Assembly (NCBI GenBank): GCA_002478275.1
Contig: DLMY01000019.1
Coordinates: 1 to 49,018, forward strand
Direction: 5' to 3'
DNA length: 49,018 nucleotides
Source of the DNA: Actinobacteria bacterium UBA7524
Lineage (GTDB): Bacteria > Actinomycetota > Coriobacteriia > Anaerosomatales > UBA912
The notes under the pieces are model-generated. The model did not search any database. It was not told where the DNA came from and worked only from the letters and a program-made list of their open reading frames with translations. Position numbers and translations under genes: made by a program. This document shows positions 23,103 through 31,875 of the stretch, piece by piece; position 1 is the first letter of the stretch, and the number at the start of each line of letters is the position of its first letter.

Positions 23103-23188
23103 GTCCGAGTGGCGGAATGGCAGACGCGCTAGGTTGAGGGCCTAGTGTCCCTAGGGACGTGCGAGTTCAACTCTCGCCTCGGACACCA
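23103..23188 (+). tRNA. tRNA-Leu (anticodon GAG)
   Basis: Acceptor stem GTCCGAG/CTCGGAC plus ACCA; D-loop GGAATGGCAGAC; anticodon arm CTAGG-TTGAGGG-CCTAG; long variable arm; TTCAA T-loop; TATACT -10 at 23066. Confidence 0.97.
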
Positions 23189-23197
23189 AACATGCAG

Positions 23198-23228
23198 GCG
23201 GCCTCTCCATCATGGAGGGGCCGCTTTC
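23198..23228 (+). terminator. Terminator hairpin after tRNA-Leu (possibly bidirectional)
   Basis: GCGGCCTCTCCA-TCA-TGGAGGGGCCGC-TTTC, between convergent genes. Confidence 0.7.
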
Positions 23229-23242
23229 GTGTTCTGCAGGCG

Positions 23243-25651
23243 CTAGTCCGGCGGACCCTCATAACGGATCGCGAGGATCGCGATGTCGTCGGGTGGGTTG
23301 CCGTCCGAATGTGCTTGCGCGGCGTCGAGCAGTACCCGGACGATGATCTGCGGCGGCGCATCCCCGAGGTCGACCAGTATGTCTTGCACCTTCTCTTCGC
23401 CGAGGAGATGCGTTCCCCGCCTCGCGTCGATGAGTCCGTCACTGAAGAGCACCAATCGCTCTCCGGGATGAAGGGCTGTGTGGTACTCCTTGAATTCCAG
23501 GTCGGGGTAGACCGCGAGCGGCGGGTTGCGGACGATCTCGTTGGCCGCACATGCTGCTTCTCCGCAGACGATGGGCGCGGGGTGACCGGCGCATGCGAGG
23601 CGTAGATCACCCGTGCGCGTATCGATGATCCCGAAGATACCTGTGATGAAGCGCTCTTCCTCAAGTTGACAGCTGAGCGCCCGATTCGCCATCGTCAGCA
23701 CCTTGCCGGGTTCACCGTTCCATTCGTATGCGAACGCGCGCAGCGTGCTCTTGGCCGTCTGCGTGATCGCGGCCGCCTCCAGACCCTTGCCGGCGACGTC
23801 GCCGATCACGAAAGCCACCAGGCCATCTCCCAGCGTGAACAGGTCGTAGAAGTCGCCTCCGATGCGGGTGAGTTGTGTGGCGCTGTAGTATGCACTGGCG
23901 ACGTTGAGTCCCGGGACGTCGTCTTCGATGCGCAACAGGGAGCTTTGCAGATGGTCGACGGTGTCTCGCTCGATCGAGTACAACCTTGCGTTCTGGATCG
24001 CGAGCGCGAGAGAGCTCGCGAGTTTTGCCGCGAAGTCCATCTCGTCGCTGTCGAATCTGTGCGTCCGGGTGTGGTAGTTGAAGTAAAGTGTCCCGATGTC
24101 CTGGTCACGGAAGGACAAGGGGATCGTTATCACGGATCGGATGCCGAAGCGCTGCATAGCCGCAGGGTTGACTCTCCCGTCGTTTGCCGCATCGTGGACA
24201 CAGACCGGCTCACCGAGCCTGGCCGCTTCCGCCGCGTGAGGGACGTCCTCGTCACCGAATACCTCTCCGATGATGTCTTCCGGGAAGTGCCAGGTGTGGC
24301 GTGCGACCCACACATCTCCACGCTTGATGGTCACGCAGGCGCTTTCCGCATCGAGGGCGACTCCCCCTTCCGAGACGACGCGCCTGAGCATCTCATCGAT
24401 GTCGAAGGTCGAGTTGATGGCTCGGTCGATCACGGCCAGCGCCGCGTTGAGGTCTCGAGAGCGCCGCAGGTGTTCCTCGGCGATCTTGCGGGCTGAAATG
24501 TCCTCCACGATCGCGGCGAAATAGCGTGGCGCCCCATCCTCGTCATGGACGAGCATCCGGCTGATGTTGACCCACACGGTCGTGCCGTCCTTGCGCAGAT
24601 AGCGCTTTTCGAGACGGTAACCGTCTGATTCACCGGTCAGGAGACGCTCGATCAGCGCGTTCTCCGTCTGCAGGTCGTCCGGGTGCGTGATCTCGTCGGG
24701 ACGCAGGCGGTTGAGCTCATCGATCGAGTAGCCGGTGATCTCCGCGAGCCTCTTGTTGATCAGTAGCCATTCGCCCTTGAGCGAGACGTGAGCGATGCCC
24801 AACGTGGCCTGCTCGAAGGTCGAGCGGAAGCGGCGCTCGCTCTCGTTGAGTGCTTCAGCTGTCTGCGATAATTCGCGGAAGAGGATGCCGTAGGGTCTGA
24901 CGAAGGCGGTCTCGATGATTGCGCGATATATAAGGACGAACGCCGCGACTCTGAGCAGGTGACCCACCAGATTCGCGGTGCCGAAGGGGTCTGTGTAGAG
25001 GGTGAATGCGAATTCTGCGATCACGAAGAGCACTACGGAAGCAGCGAGCGAGTAGAACACGTCGTTGTCGAAGTGAGCTTTGTTCCGTGACAGCAGCACG
25101 AGACCGACAAGCAGCAGCATGATGATGAACCACTCGCTGGCGATCTTGAAGCCGGTCAGGCCGTGTTGCTCTGAGAAGGCCTGCGGGAAGATGTCGAACA
25201 CGAACACCGAGGACAGAAGCATGGTGGTCACGGCGGCGTACGAGTAGAAGACCACCGCAGGGCTGACTTTGCGTCTCACGAACATCGGGGCCATCAGTAT
25301 CGCGGAGGATTGCAGGTAGCGGCCGATGAGCCATAACTGGGTGGGCAGATCGGTGCTTTGTTCGGGAAAGACGTTGACTCCCCGGTAAGCCAATGTGTGT
25401 AACACGTCGACGCCCGCGGAGAAGAGGAACGCGACGCCGATGACGATCAGGGCTCCGTTCGAGATGTAGCGGCGTGCGTTCCAGGTGACCATGAAGGTAC
25501 CGCCAGCCACGGCGATGCCGAAAAGCTCAGCGGTGGCATGGAACAGCGGATAGCCGAACGTCGCTCGAATGGCCAACAGGAGACCGACCGCCACGGCGAT
25601 CACGCCGCCGTACGCGGCGAGCGAGGTGCGGTTCGCCGTTTCCGTTTCCAT
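23243..25651 (-). CDS. MASE3-PAS-GAF-SpoIIE (PP2C) sensor phosphatase
   Basis: MASE3-like FHATAELF, DVLHTLAY.G, TQLWLIGRY, GLTGFKIASE; PAS ITHPDD...KRYLRKDG; GAF; PP2C GGDFYD, GDVAGKG, AGHP, SDGL, DD; ATG after AGGAG. Confidence 0.9.
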   Translation of the reverse strand: METETANRTSLAAYGGVIAVAVGLLLAIRATFGYPLFHATAELFGIAVAGGTFMVTWNARRYISNGALIVIGVAFLFSAGVDVLHTLAYRGVNVFPEQSTDLPTQLWLIGRYLQSSAILMAPMFVRRKVSPAVVFYSYAAVTTMLLSSVFVFDIFPQAFSEQHGLTGFKIASEWFIIMLLLVGLVLLSRNKAHFDNDVFYSLAASVVLFVIAEFAFTLYTDPFGTANLVGHLLRVAAFVLIYRAIIETAFVRPYGILFRELSQTAEALNESERRFRSTFEQATLGIAHVSLKGEWLLINKRLAEITGYSIDELNRLRPDEITHPDDLQTENALIERLLTGESDGYRLEKRYLRKDGTTVWVNISRMLVHDEDGAPRYFAAIVEDISARKIAEEHLRRSRDLNAALAVIDRAINSTFDIDEMLRRVVSEGGVALDAESACVTIKRGDVWVARHTWHFPEDIIGEVFGDEDVPHAAEAARLGEPVCVHDAANDGRVNPAAMQRFGIRSVITIPLSFRDQDIGTLYFNYHTRTHRFDSDEMDFAAKLASSLALAIQNARLYSIERDTVDHLQSSLLRIEDDVPGLNVASAYYSATQLTRIGGDFYDLFTLGDGLVAFVIGDVAGKGLEAAAITQTAKSTLRAFAYEWNGEPGKVLTMANRALSCQLEEERFITGIFGIIDTRTGDLRLACAGHPAPIVCGEAACAANEIVRNPPLAVYPDLEFKEYHTALHPGERLVLFSDGLIDARRGTHLLGEEKVQDILVDLGDAPPQIIVRVLLDAAQAHSDGNPPDDIAILAIRYEGPPD

Positions 25652-25770
25652 GCGTCTCCTGTGCCGGTATCGTCCCGATTGTGCTGCAGGCCTCATGGTC
25701 GCACGAGGGACTACATGCTTCAACAGCCGGTTGGGCTATCCTGTATGAGCTGAAAGGAGTCGATCTACGC

Positions 25771-26502
25771 ATGTTGCCGTTCGTCCAGGTCATCATCGGT
25801 GAAGGGGGCGTTCTGTCCTGCACCCGGTGTGTGCCGGTGCCAGCGTCAGGTGCCCACCATCATCCTGCCGAGCAGGTCGCCGACCGAATCGCAGTGATTT
25901 GTGATGAATGGCAGGCCGGTCCGGGCCCGAATGTCGTGCTCACCGGGTACGAACCGCTCAAGCACCCTGACCTTCCTGCTATCGTCACCGCTGCGATTCA
26001 CAGAGGAATCGAGCGCCTCGCACTCAGGAGTGATGCTCGCGGTCTGGGGATCGGAGGCAACGCTCGAGGAGCGGTCGCGTCGGGCGTGACGCAACTGCAT
26101 GCCGTGCTTCTGGGGCCCGATGCCGCCAGCCATGACACGCTTGCCAGCGCCACCGGTGCGTTCGACGAGGCACTCAGGGGTCTTCGGGCCTTCATAGCAG
26201 CCGGGGCGGCAGAGCGTCGAGAAGTCGCCGTGGTGGGTTGCGTACCGGTCTGTCGCCACAACATCGCCCGTCTACCCGAGATCGTCGCGGTCTTTGCCCG
26301 CGAACAAGCCGTTGCGGTCCGTCTGGAACTGAATAGCGATCTCGACACTGCAACGTCGCGGCTCTGGCTTCAGGGAGCGTGCGACACCGGCGTGGCCAAT
26401 GGTGTATGGACGTCCGTTGCGGGACCGCCGGATTCCGTCTCGCCAGATCTCCCGGCCCTGTTCCTTTGTTCGCCGGTCGCTATCGTGGGTGATGACAGAT
26501 GA
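25771..26502 (+). CDS. Radical SAM-fold protein with degenerate cluster motif (GxxxCxxC)
   Basis: GGVLSCTRC, VVLTGYEPLKHPDL, HDTL...GAFDEALRGL resemble the radical SAM barrel; AAAGGAG RBS upstream. Confidence 0.7.
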   Translation: MLPFVQVIIGEGGVLSCTRCVPVPASGAHHHPAEQVADRIAVICDEWQAGPGPNVVLTGYEPLKHPDLPAIVTAAIHRGIERLALRSDARGLGIGGNARGAVASGVTQLHAVLLGPDAASHDTLASATGAFDEALRGLRAFIAAGAAERREVAVVGCVPVCRHNIARLPEIVAVFAREQAVAVRLELNSDLDTATSRLWLQGACDTGVANGVWTSVAGPPDSVSPDLPALFLCSPVAIVGDDR

Positions 26503-27827
26503 CCTTTCGTACCCTCGAGCGCCAACCCGAACTCGGGGTCGCGCTTGTGGACATGAGCTGGCCGGGGTATCACTCCCTCGCTCTGGGCTATCTGCGCGCA
26601 TACGCCCATGATGACCGCCGCCTGTCGGGCAGGGTGGGCTTCACGACCCTGGCGCTCGATGCGCAGACCGACCCGTGGTGGGTTGCGTACCGTCTTGAGA
26701 CCATCGCCCCTGACGTGGTTGGTTTCTCGGTCATGTGTTTCAACGCGAGGGCGGTCTACGAGGCAGCCAGACTGCTCAAGACCATCTGCCCCGGGACGTG
26801 CATCGTGCTCGGAGGACCGGAAGCCGGACCTCTCGCCGAGGATATCCTGACTGATCACCCATACGTGGACGCCGTGGTACGTGGAGAGGGCGAGGAGACC
26901 TTCGCCGAGCTGCTTCACGCCCTGCTCACAGACAAACCGCTCCACCGTGTCGAAGGTGTGACCGCGCGCGACGGGGACCGGGTCGTGTCGGCACAAGACA
27001 GGCCCCTGATCTCTGACTTGGACTCCATCCCTTCACCGTATCTGACGGGGGTTCTTGAGCCGGTCGATGGCGCGACGTACATCGAGACGTACCGGGGTTG
27101 TCCGCATCATTGCGGATACTGCTACGAAGGCAAAGGCTACGGAAGGGTCCGTCGCTTCTCCCGGGAACGGGTGAGCGCCGAGATCGAGGCGGTCGCCGGT
27201 GCGGACCGGACCAGGTCGTTCTCATTCGTGGATCCCGTGTTCAACCTCACACCCGATCGCCTCGCATGGCTGACCAGCACTCTTCAGCCTTATGCCCGGC
27301 GCGGGGTCAGGCTGCACACCGTTGAAGTGGACATCGAGAAGATCGGACCCCAAGAGGCCGAGATGCTTGCCAGGGCGGGCGTGCGCAGCGTCGAGACAGG
27401 ACCGCAATCGGTGGGACGCTCTGCGCTCGAAACGTGTCAGCGGGGGTTCGACCCCGAGCGTTTCGCCGCTGGTGTCGAAGCTTGTCGTGACCACGGCATG
27501 AAGGTTGAGTGCGATCTGATCGCAGGTCTCCCCGGCGACAGTGTGGAGGACGTCGTGGCGGGCCTGGAATTCGTGCTGTCACTGGACCCGGGCAAGATAC
27601 AGATATCCACACTGCACGTCTTGCCGGGTACCGATCTGTGGGAGCGCGCGGATGAACTCGGACTCGAGTATCAGGCTGAACCCCCACACGAGATCGTGAG
27701 AACCCGTGAAGCCGGATTCGGGGACCTGCGGCGTGTGGAACTCCTCGGCATGTCACTTGCGCGGTTGTACTCCGCGCGTGCAGAGCACCGCGCCGGCCAG
27801 GGCGCATCAGAGAGGCGGGATTCATGA
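26499..27827 (+). CDS. Cobalamin-binding radical SAM protein (class B-like)
   Basis: SLALGYL, PDVVGFS, VLGGPE, RGEGEETF (B12-binding domain); ETYRGCPHHCGYC; DLIAGLPGD. Confidence 0.92.
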   Translation: MTFRTLERQPELGVALVDMSWPGYHSLALGYLRAYAHDDRRLSGRVGFTTLALDAQTDPWWVAYRLETIAPDVVGFSVMCFNARAVYEAARLLKTICPGTCIVLGGPEAGPLAEDILTDHPYVDAVVRGEGEETFAELLHALLTDKPLHRVEGVTARDGDRVVSAQDRPLISDLDSIPSPYLTGVLEPVDGATYIETYRGCPHHCGYCYEGKGYGRVRRFSRERVSAEIEAVAGADRTRSFSFVDPVFNLTPDRLAWLTSTLQPYARRGVRLHTVEVDIEKIGPQEAEMLARAGVRSVETGPQSVGRSALETCQRGFDPERFAAGVEACRDHGMKVECDLIAGLPGDSVEDVVAGLEFVLSLDPGKIQISTLHVLPGTDLWERADELGLEYQAEPPHEIVRTREAGFGDLRRVELLGMSLARLYSARAEHRAGQGASERRDS

Positions 27828-28981
27828 GTCTGTCCATGAGAGCTCAGGCGATGCGACCGTTCGTGGTCATGGATATCGTTGCGCGCGCCAAGGAGCTCGC
27901 CGCGAGCGGCAAGGACATCGTCAGGCTGGAGATCGGAGATCCTGACCTGCCGACGCCTGAGGCGGTGACGCGCGCCGCTGAAGCGGCGATGGAGCACGGC
28001 GACACCGGTTACACACAGTCAAAGGGTTTGCCTGAGTTGCGTGAGGCGATCGCGGCGCACTACCTCGAACGGTACACGGCTGAGATCTCGCCGGAAGATA
28101 TCATCGTGACCCAGGGGACCTCACCTGCGATGCTTCTGATGTTCGGGGCGGCGCTCGATCCGGGAGACGAAGTCATCCTGAGCGACCCCTGCTATCCGGC
28201 CTATCCGAATTACGTCAACTTCCTGGGGGGAAGACCGGTGCACGTACCGGTCAGGGCCGATGAGGGCTTCCGTTTCCGGATCGATGAGGTGCGGGCCGCC
28301 ATCACGCCCCGGACGCGCGTCATCATGGTCAACTCCCCGGCTAATCCCACCGGAGCCGTGCTGCCGGCGGAGGACCTTGCGGCACTGGCTCAGCTCGCCG
28401 AGGAGTTCGGGATCTGGATCGCGAGCGACGAGATATACCACGGCCTTCAGTTCCTTGGCGAGGAGCACTCCATCCTGCAATACACTGACAGGGCATTCGT
28501 CCTGAACGGTTTCTCGAAAGCCTATGCGATGACGGGCTGGAGACTCGGCTACTTGATCGCTCCTGCCGGCTTCGTCCGCGCTTGTGAGGTGATGCAGCAG
28601 AACTTCTTCCTGTGTGCAAACCACTTCGTGCAGGCAGCGGGTATCGTCGCCCTGCGTGATGTGGGAGGCGATGTCACCCGGATGAACGCCGTGTACGACG
28701 CGCGGCGACGGTATCTCGTCCCTGCGCTGCGGGAGATCGGTCTGCGAGTCGAGACCGAACCGGCTGGTGCGTTCTACGTGTTCGCGGACGCTCGCGCCTG
28801 GGGTCAGGACTCACTCGAGCTTTCCCGCAGACTGCTTGAGGAAGCGGGTGTGGCGGTGGCTCCCGGCATCGATTTCGGCCCGGGGGGCGAGGGCTTCATC
28901 AGGGTGAGTTACGCGACGTCGCTGGAGCGCCTGAAGGAGGGCGTCTACCGCTTAGGTGAGTGGGCGTCGTATACTGGGTGA
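27824..28981 (+). CDS. PLP-dependent class I/II aminotransferase (aspartate aminotransferase-like)
   Basis: LEIGDPD, GLPELREAIA, NSPANPTG, SDEIY, NGFSKAYAMTGWRLGY, GAFY. Confidence 0.95.
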   Translation: MSLSMRAQAMRPFVVMDIVARAKELAASGKDIVRLEIGDPDLPTPEAVTRAAEAAMEHGDTGYTQSKGLPELREAIAAHYLERYTAEISPEDIIVTQGTSPAMLLMFGAALDPGDEVILSDPCYPAYPNYVNFLGGRPVHVPVRADEGFRFRIDEVRAAITPRTRVIMVNSPANPTGAVLPAEDLAALAQLAEEFGIWIASDEIYHGLQFLGEEHSILQYTDRAFVLNGFSKAYAMTGWRLGYLIAPAGFVRACEVMQQNFFLCANHFVQAAGIVALRDVGGDVTRMNAVYDARRRYLVPALREIGLRVETEPAGAFYVFADARAWGQDSLELSRRLLEEAGVAVAPGIDFGPGGEGFIRVSYATSLERLKEGVYRLGEWASYTG

Positions 28982-29107
28982 GCGGGTAGCGCGACTTCGT
29001 CCACGATACCGGCAGCAGTGACCGTTCATCGGGAGCCAGTGGCGGACGCGCCTGGCGGTGCCGATGAATATGTCGTGGCCAGGCTCGACAAGGTCGCGTA
29101 GGGGACA

Positions 29108-29123
29108 AGGCACGGGATTTGCA
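29108..29123 (+). promoter_or_regulatory. Sigma54 (-24/-12) promoter upstream of the PHP gene
   Basis: AGGCAC-GGGAT-TTGCA, exact GG-N10-GC spacing, 59 nt before the GTG. Confidence 0.7.
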
Positions 29124-29182
29124 CCGAGTCGCCGTAGTACGCCGTTCGAGAGGCGAACGGCATGTTTCGAGAGGGATCACGC

Positions 29183-29902
29183 GTGAACGAGATCTGGAGT
29201 AAGGCCGACCTGCACATCCACTCCAACCACAGCGATGGCCTCGCAAGGATTCCTGAGATCATGGAGCACGTGCAGGAGAACACAGATCTCAAGGTCATCG
29301 CCATCACCGACCACAACACCATAGAAGGAGCGCTGTTCGCCAAGTCGCTCGAGGAGATGTACGACTTCGAGGTCATTGTCGGCGAGGAGATATCGACGGC
29401 GTCCGGGCATATCATCGGACTGTTCCTCGAGCACCCCATCCCTGCCGGCCTGAGCGTGACCGAGACGCTCGGCAGGATCGCCGACCAGGGCGGGATAGCG
29501 ATCGTTCCGCACCCGTTCTCGAACCGGGGCATCTTCGGCCCGTTCGGGCGTAGCGTGTTCGCAGCTACCGTTAACGAACTCGCTTTCCAGGCGCTTGAGG
29601 TCTATAACTCGATCCCGTATCTCGGCTGGGCCAACAGGGTGGCTGCCAAGATGTTCACAGGGGGACAGGGCATCGCCGCTACCGGCGGGTCGGATGCTCA
29701 TGTGCTTCAAGGCGTAGGGACCGGTTATACGGTGTTCAGGGGAACGACCGCCGAGGACCTGCGTCGCAGCATCGAGGCGCTGGAGACTCGTGCGGAGACG
29801 GGCCGGGGCGGTCTGTCGGTGGCACTACGTTACGCTCGCAGCGTTCGCAGGATCCGGCTTCAGCATGCGTGGAACTGGGAGCGTTGCGAGGCCCGCGACT
29901 GA
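29183..29902 (+). CDS. PHP-domain metal-dependent phosphoesterase
   Basis: DLHIHSNHSDG, AITDHN, GEEIST..GH, PHPF, GGSDAH; GTG after GAGGGA. Confidence 0.92.
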   Translation: MNEIWSKADLHIHSNHSDGLARIPEIMEHVQENTDLKVIAITDHNTIEGALFAKSLEEMYDFEVIVGEEISTASGHIIGLFLEHPIPAGLSVTETLGRIADQGGIAIVPHPFSNRGIFGPFGRSVFAATVNELAFQALEVYNSIPYLGWANRVAAKMFTGGQGIAATGGSDAHVLQGVGTGYTVFRGTTAEDLRRSIEALETRAETGRGGLSVALRYARSVRRIRLQHAWNWERCEARD

Positions 29903-29908
29903 CGGTCC

Positions 29909-31153
29909 TCAGTCCTTCTCGACCACGCACCTGCTCGCATCCGTGATCCACTCCGCCAGTATTCGCGCGGTCTCCGGTTGAGTGCCCCATACGCCGACCG
30001 TGATCGTGTCCACGTGGTCCTCGACGCGTGCCTGCTTGATTGCCACGGCGAGATCGAGCCTTGTCGTGACGGTATCGAACGGGAAGCAAGCGGGGATGAC
30101 CAGGACGCGCCTGGAACCCAGTGCAGCCAGGTGACGGACGGTTTCCGTGACATCGGGCTCTCGCCATTCCAGGAAGCACAGGCGAATCCGCTGTTCGGGT
30201 ATCCCTCCATCCGCAAGCAGCATCCTGACCCTGTTGCAGAAGGCGTTCTCCTCCACGTCATAGGTGTTGTGGGTGCGTTCGCGGGTCTCGGGTTGACCGT
30301 GCATCACCAGTGCGACTCCGGTGTGTTCGGGTTCACATGCTGACGAACGGACCTGATCGGCCACGAGCTTGGCGAGGTCCTCGCAACCCCAGAGTGTGGG
30401 CGTGTAAGTGACCTCAAGACCGTGCTGCTCGGGATGCAGGGAACCGACCGCGGACTTCGCGCGGTCCAGGGCGTAGGACTCGCCGATCGTCACCGGGGCG
30501 ACGATGATGTGGTCCGTGTCGTGCTCGGCATGGTGTTTGACGGCCTGATCGAGCGTATCTGAACCCAGGTCCGTTACGAGCTGCACGTTGGCGAAGCGGG
30601 AGTCAGGGAGGAGGAGACGCTCGATCCTCTCTGCGAGTTCACGGGCTTGCCCCGGGGAGGGACTCCTACCGCCCAGCGCGCGGTAGCGTGCTTTCTCGGC
30701 CGCGAAGAGGAACGGCATGATCCCGATGGTCGCTTCCGGCATGCCTGATGAGGCGAGCTCCTCGAACTCAGCTGCGACGGCGGCTGGCTCGTAGTACTCG
30801 GGTTCCACTGGTGCGAACAGTAGCACCGAGACACTCTCCGGCTTCACCGGCCGGTGGTCCGGGAGGGCTATGCGGTGGGCGTGTTTCCAGAGGTTCTGCA
30901 GAAGCGCGGAGCCCAGCCCGAAGCCCCCCACGAAGGACGCGCCGCCGAATACCACAGCGATGACGATGACCTCCGGACGCCCGACATGGTCCACTACTTC
31001 GGTGGTGGCCCAAACAGAGATGGCGACCCCGAGAAGGCTGAGTATGGCCATGAGTGCCTCGGTGAAGCGCTTGAGCGCTAGTAGGCCGACGAACGTGATG
31101 CCTCCGGCGAGGGCGCCCACGAACACCAATGTCCACCAGAGTGCGAGCACCAC
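29909..31153 (-). CDS. Membrane-anchored ferrochelatase/class II chelatase-like protein
   Basis: Three N-terminal TM helices; KARYRALGGRSP, VMHGQP, FLEWREPDV, PACFPFD are ferrochelatase-like. Confidence 0.72.
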   Translation of the reverse strand: MVLALWWTLVFVGALAGGITFVGLLALKRFTEALMAILSLLGVAISVWATTEVVDHVGRPEVIVIAVVFGGASFVGGFGLGSALLQNLWKHAHRIALPDHRPVKPESVSVLLFAPVEPEYYEPAAVAAEFEELASSGMPEATIGIMPFLFAAEKARYRALGGRSPSPGQARELAERIERLLLPDSRFANVQLVTDLGSDTLDQAVKHHAEHDTDHIIVAPVTIGESYALDRAKSAVGSLHPEQHGLEVTYTPTLWGCEDLAKLVADQVRSSACEPEHTGVALVMHGQPETRERTHNTYDVEENAFCNRVRMLLADGGIPEQRIRLCFLEWREPDVTETVRHLAALGSRRVLVIPACFPFDTVTTRLDLAVAIKQARVEDHVDTITVGVWGTQPETARILAEWITDASRCVVEKD

Positions 31154-31229
31154 ACCTCATCTCTGTTCACGGCTGACTCGGATGATACTTCAACAGGGCC
31201 CGGAATGGTCATATAGGGGAGGCGGCGAC

Positions 31230-31259
31230 TTGACTTCGCAATACCCCCCGGGGTATACT
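31230..31259 (+). promoter_or_regulatory. SigmaA promoter of the trxA operon with an embedded CsoR/CstR-type operator
   Basis: TTGACT-N18-TATACT; operator ATACCCC-CC-GGGGTAT at 31241-31256 overlaps the spacer and -10. Confidence 0.8.
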
Positions 31260-31301
31260 TCACACCACGAGGGATTTCCGAGATCGTAAGGAGTTGCCGG
31301 A

Positions 31302-31625
31302 ATGTCTACAGTCAAAGATGTGGATTCGAGCGCGTTCGCAACAGAGGTCCTTGACGCGACCGTACCTGTGGTCGTTGATTTCTGGGCGCCGTGGTGTGGT
31401 CCGTGCCGGGTCGTCGGTCCAGAGGTCGAGAAGCTGGCCGCGAGTTCGGGCGAGTCTGTGAAGTTCGTCAAGGTCAACATCGACGACAATCGCGACCTCG
31501 CTATGAGGTATGGGGTGATGAGCATCCCGACCATCGCCAAGTTCGAGCGAGGCGGGGTCGTCGCACAGGTGATCGGCGCCAGACGCGCCGATGCATTGGC
31601 GGTCGAACTCGGATTACAGGGCTGA
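31302..31625 (+). CDS. trxA: Thioredoxin
   Basis: VVDFWAPWCGPC, YGVMSIPT; AAGGAG RBS. Confidence 0.96.
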   Translation: MSTVKDVDSSAFATEVLDATVPVVVDFWAPWCGPCRVVGPEVEKLAASSGESVKFVKVNIDDNRDLAMRYGVMSIPTIAKFERGGVVAQVIGARRADALAVELGLQG

Positions 31626-31630
31626 TAGCA

Positions 31631-31837
31631 TTGCCTACCTACGAGCTGACGTGTAAGGATTGCGGTGTACGGTTCGAACGCTTCGTCATGCGGTTGCTTC
31701 GTGATGAGGACAGACGTTGCCCCAAGTGCGGCTCGACCGACGTCCGGCAAGGAGTGGGCGGCGGCTTCCTTGGGGGCCGGGTGGCAAGCGGGGACCGTCA
31801 TACAGGCTGTGGACCCGGAGCCTTCACGTGAGGGTGA
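31631..31837 (+). CDS. FmdB-family zinc-ribbon protein, probably a selenoprotein (Sec at 31829-31831; ends at 31831 if that UGA is a stop)
   Basis: TTG start; MPTYELTCKDCG..FE...CPKCGS is the FmdB CxxC_CxxC signature; tail GCGPGAFT-TGA-GGG-TGA followed by a SECIS-like hairpin. Confidence 0.85.
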
Positions 31838-31843
31838 TGTGAG

Positions 31844-31859
31844 GCGTCCGGTCGGACGC
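31844..31859 (+). promoter_or_regulatory. Putative bacterial SECIS element
   Basis: GCGTCC-GGTC-GGACGC; 12 nt between the UGA and the stem, 18 nt to the loop, loop starts with GG. Confidence 0.65.
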
Positions 31860-31875
31860 GAGAGGTGGACCGGGT

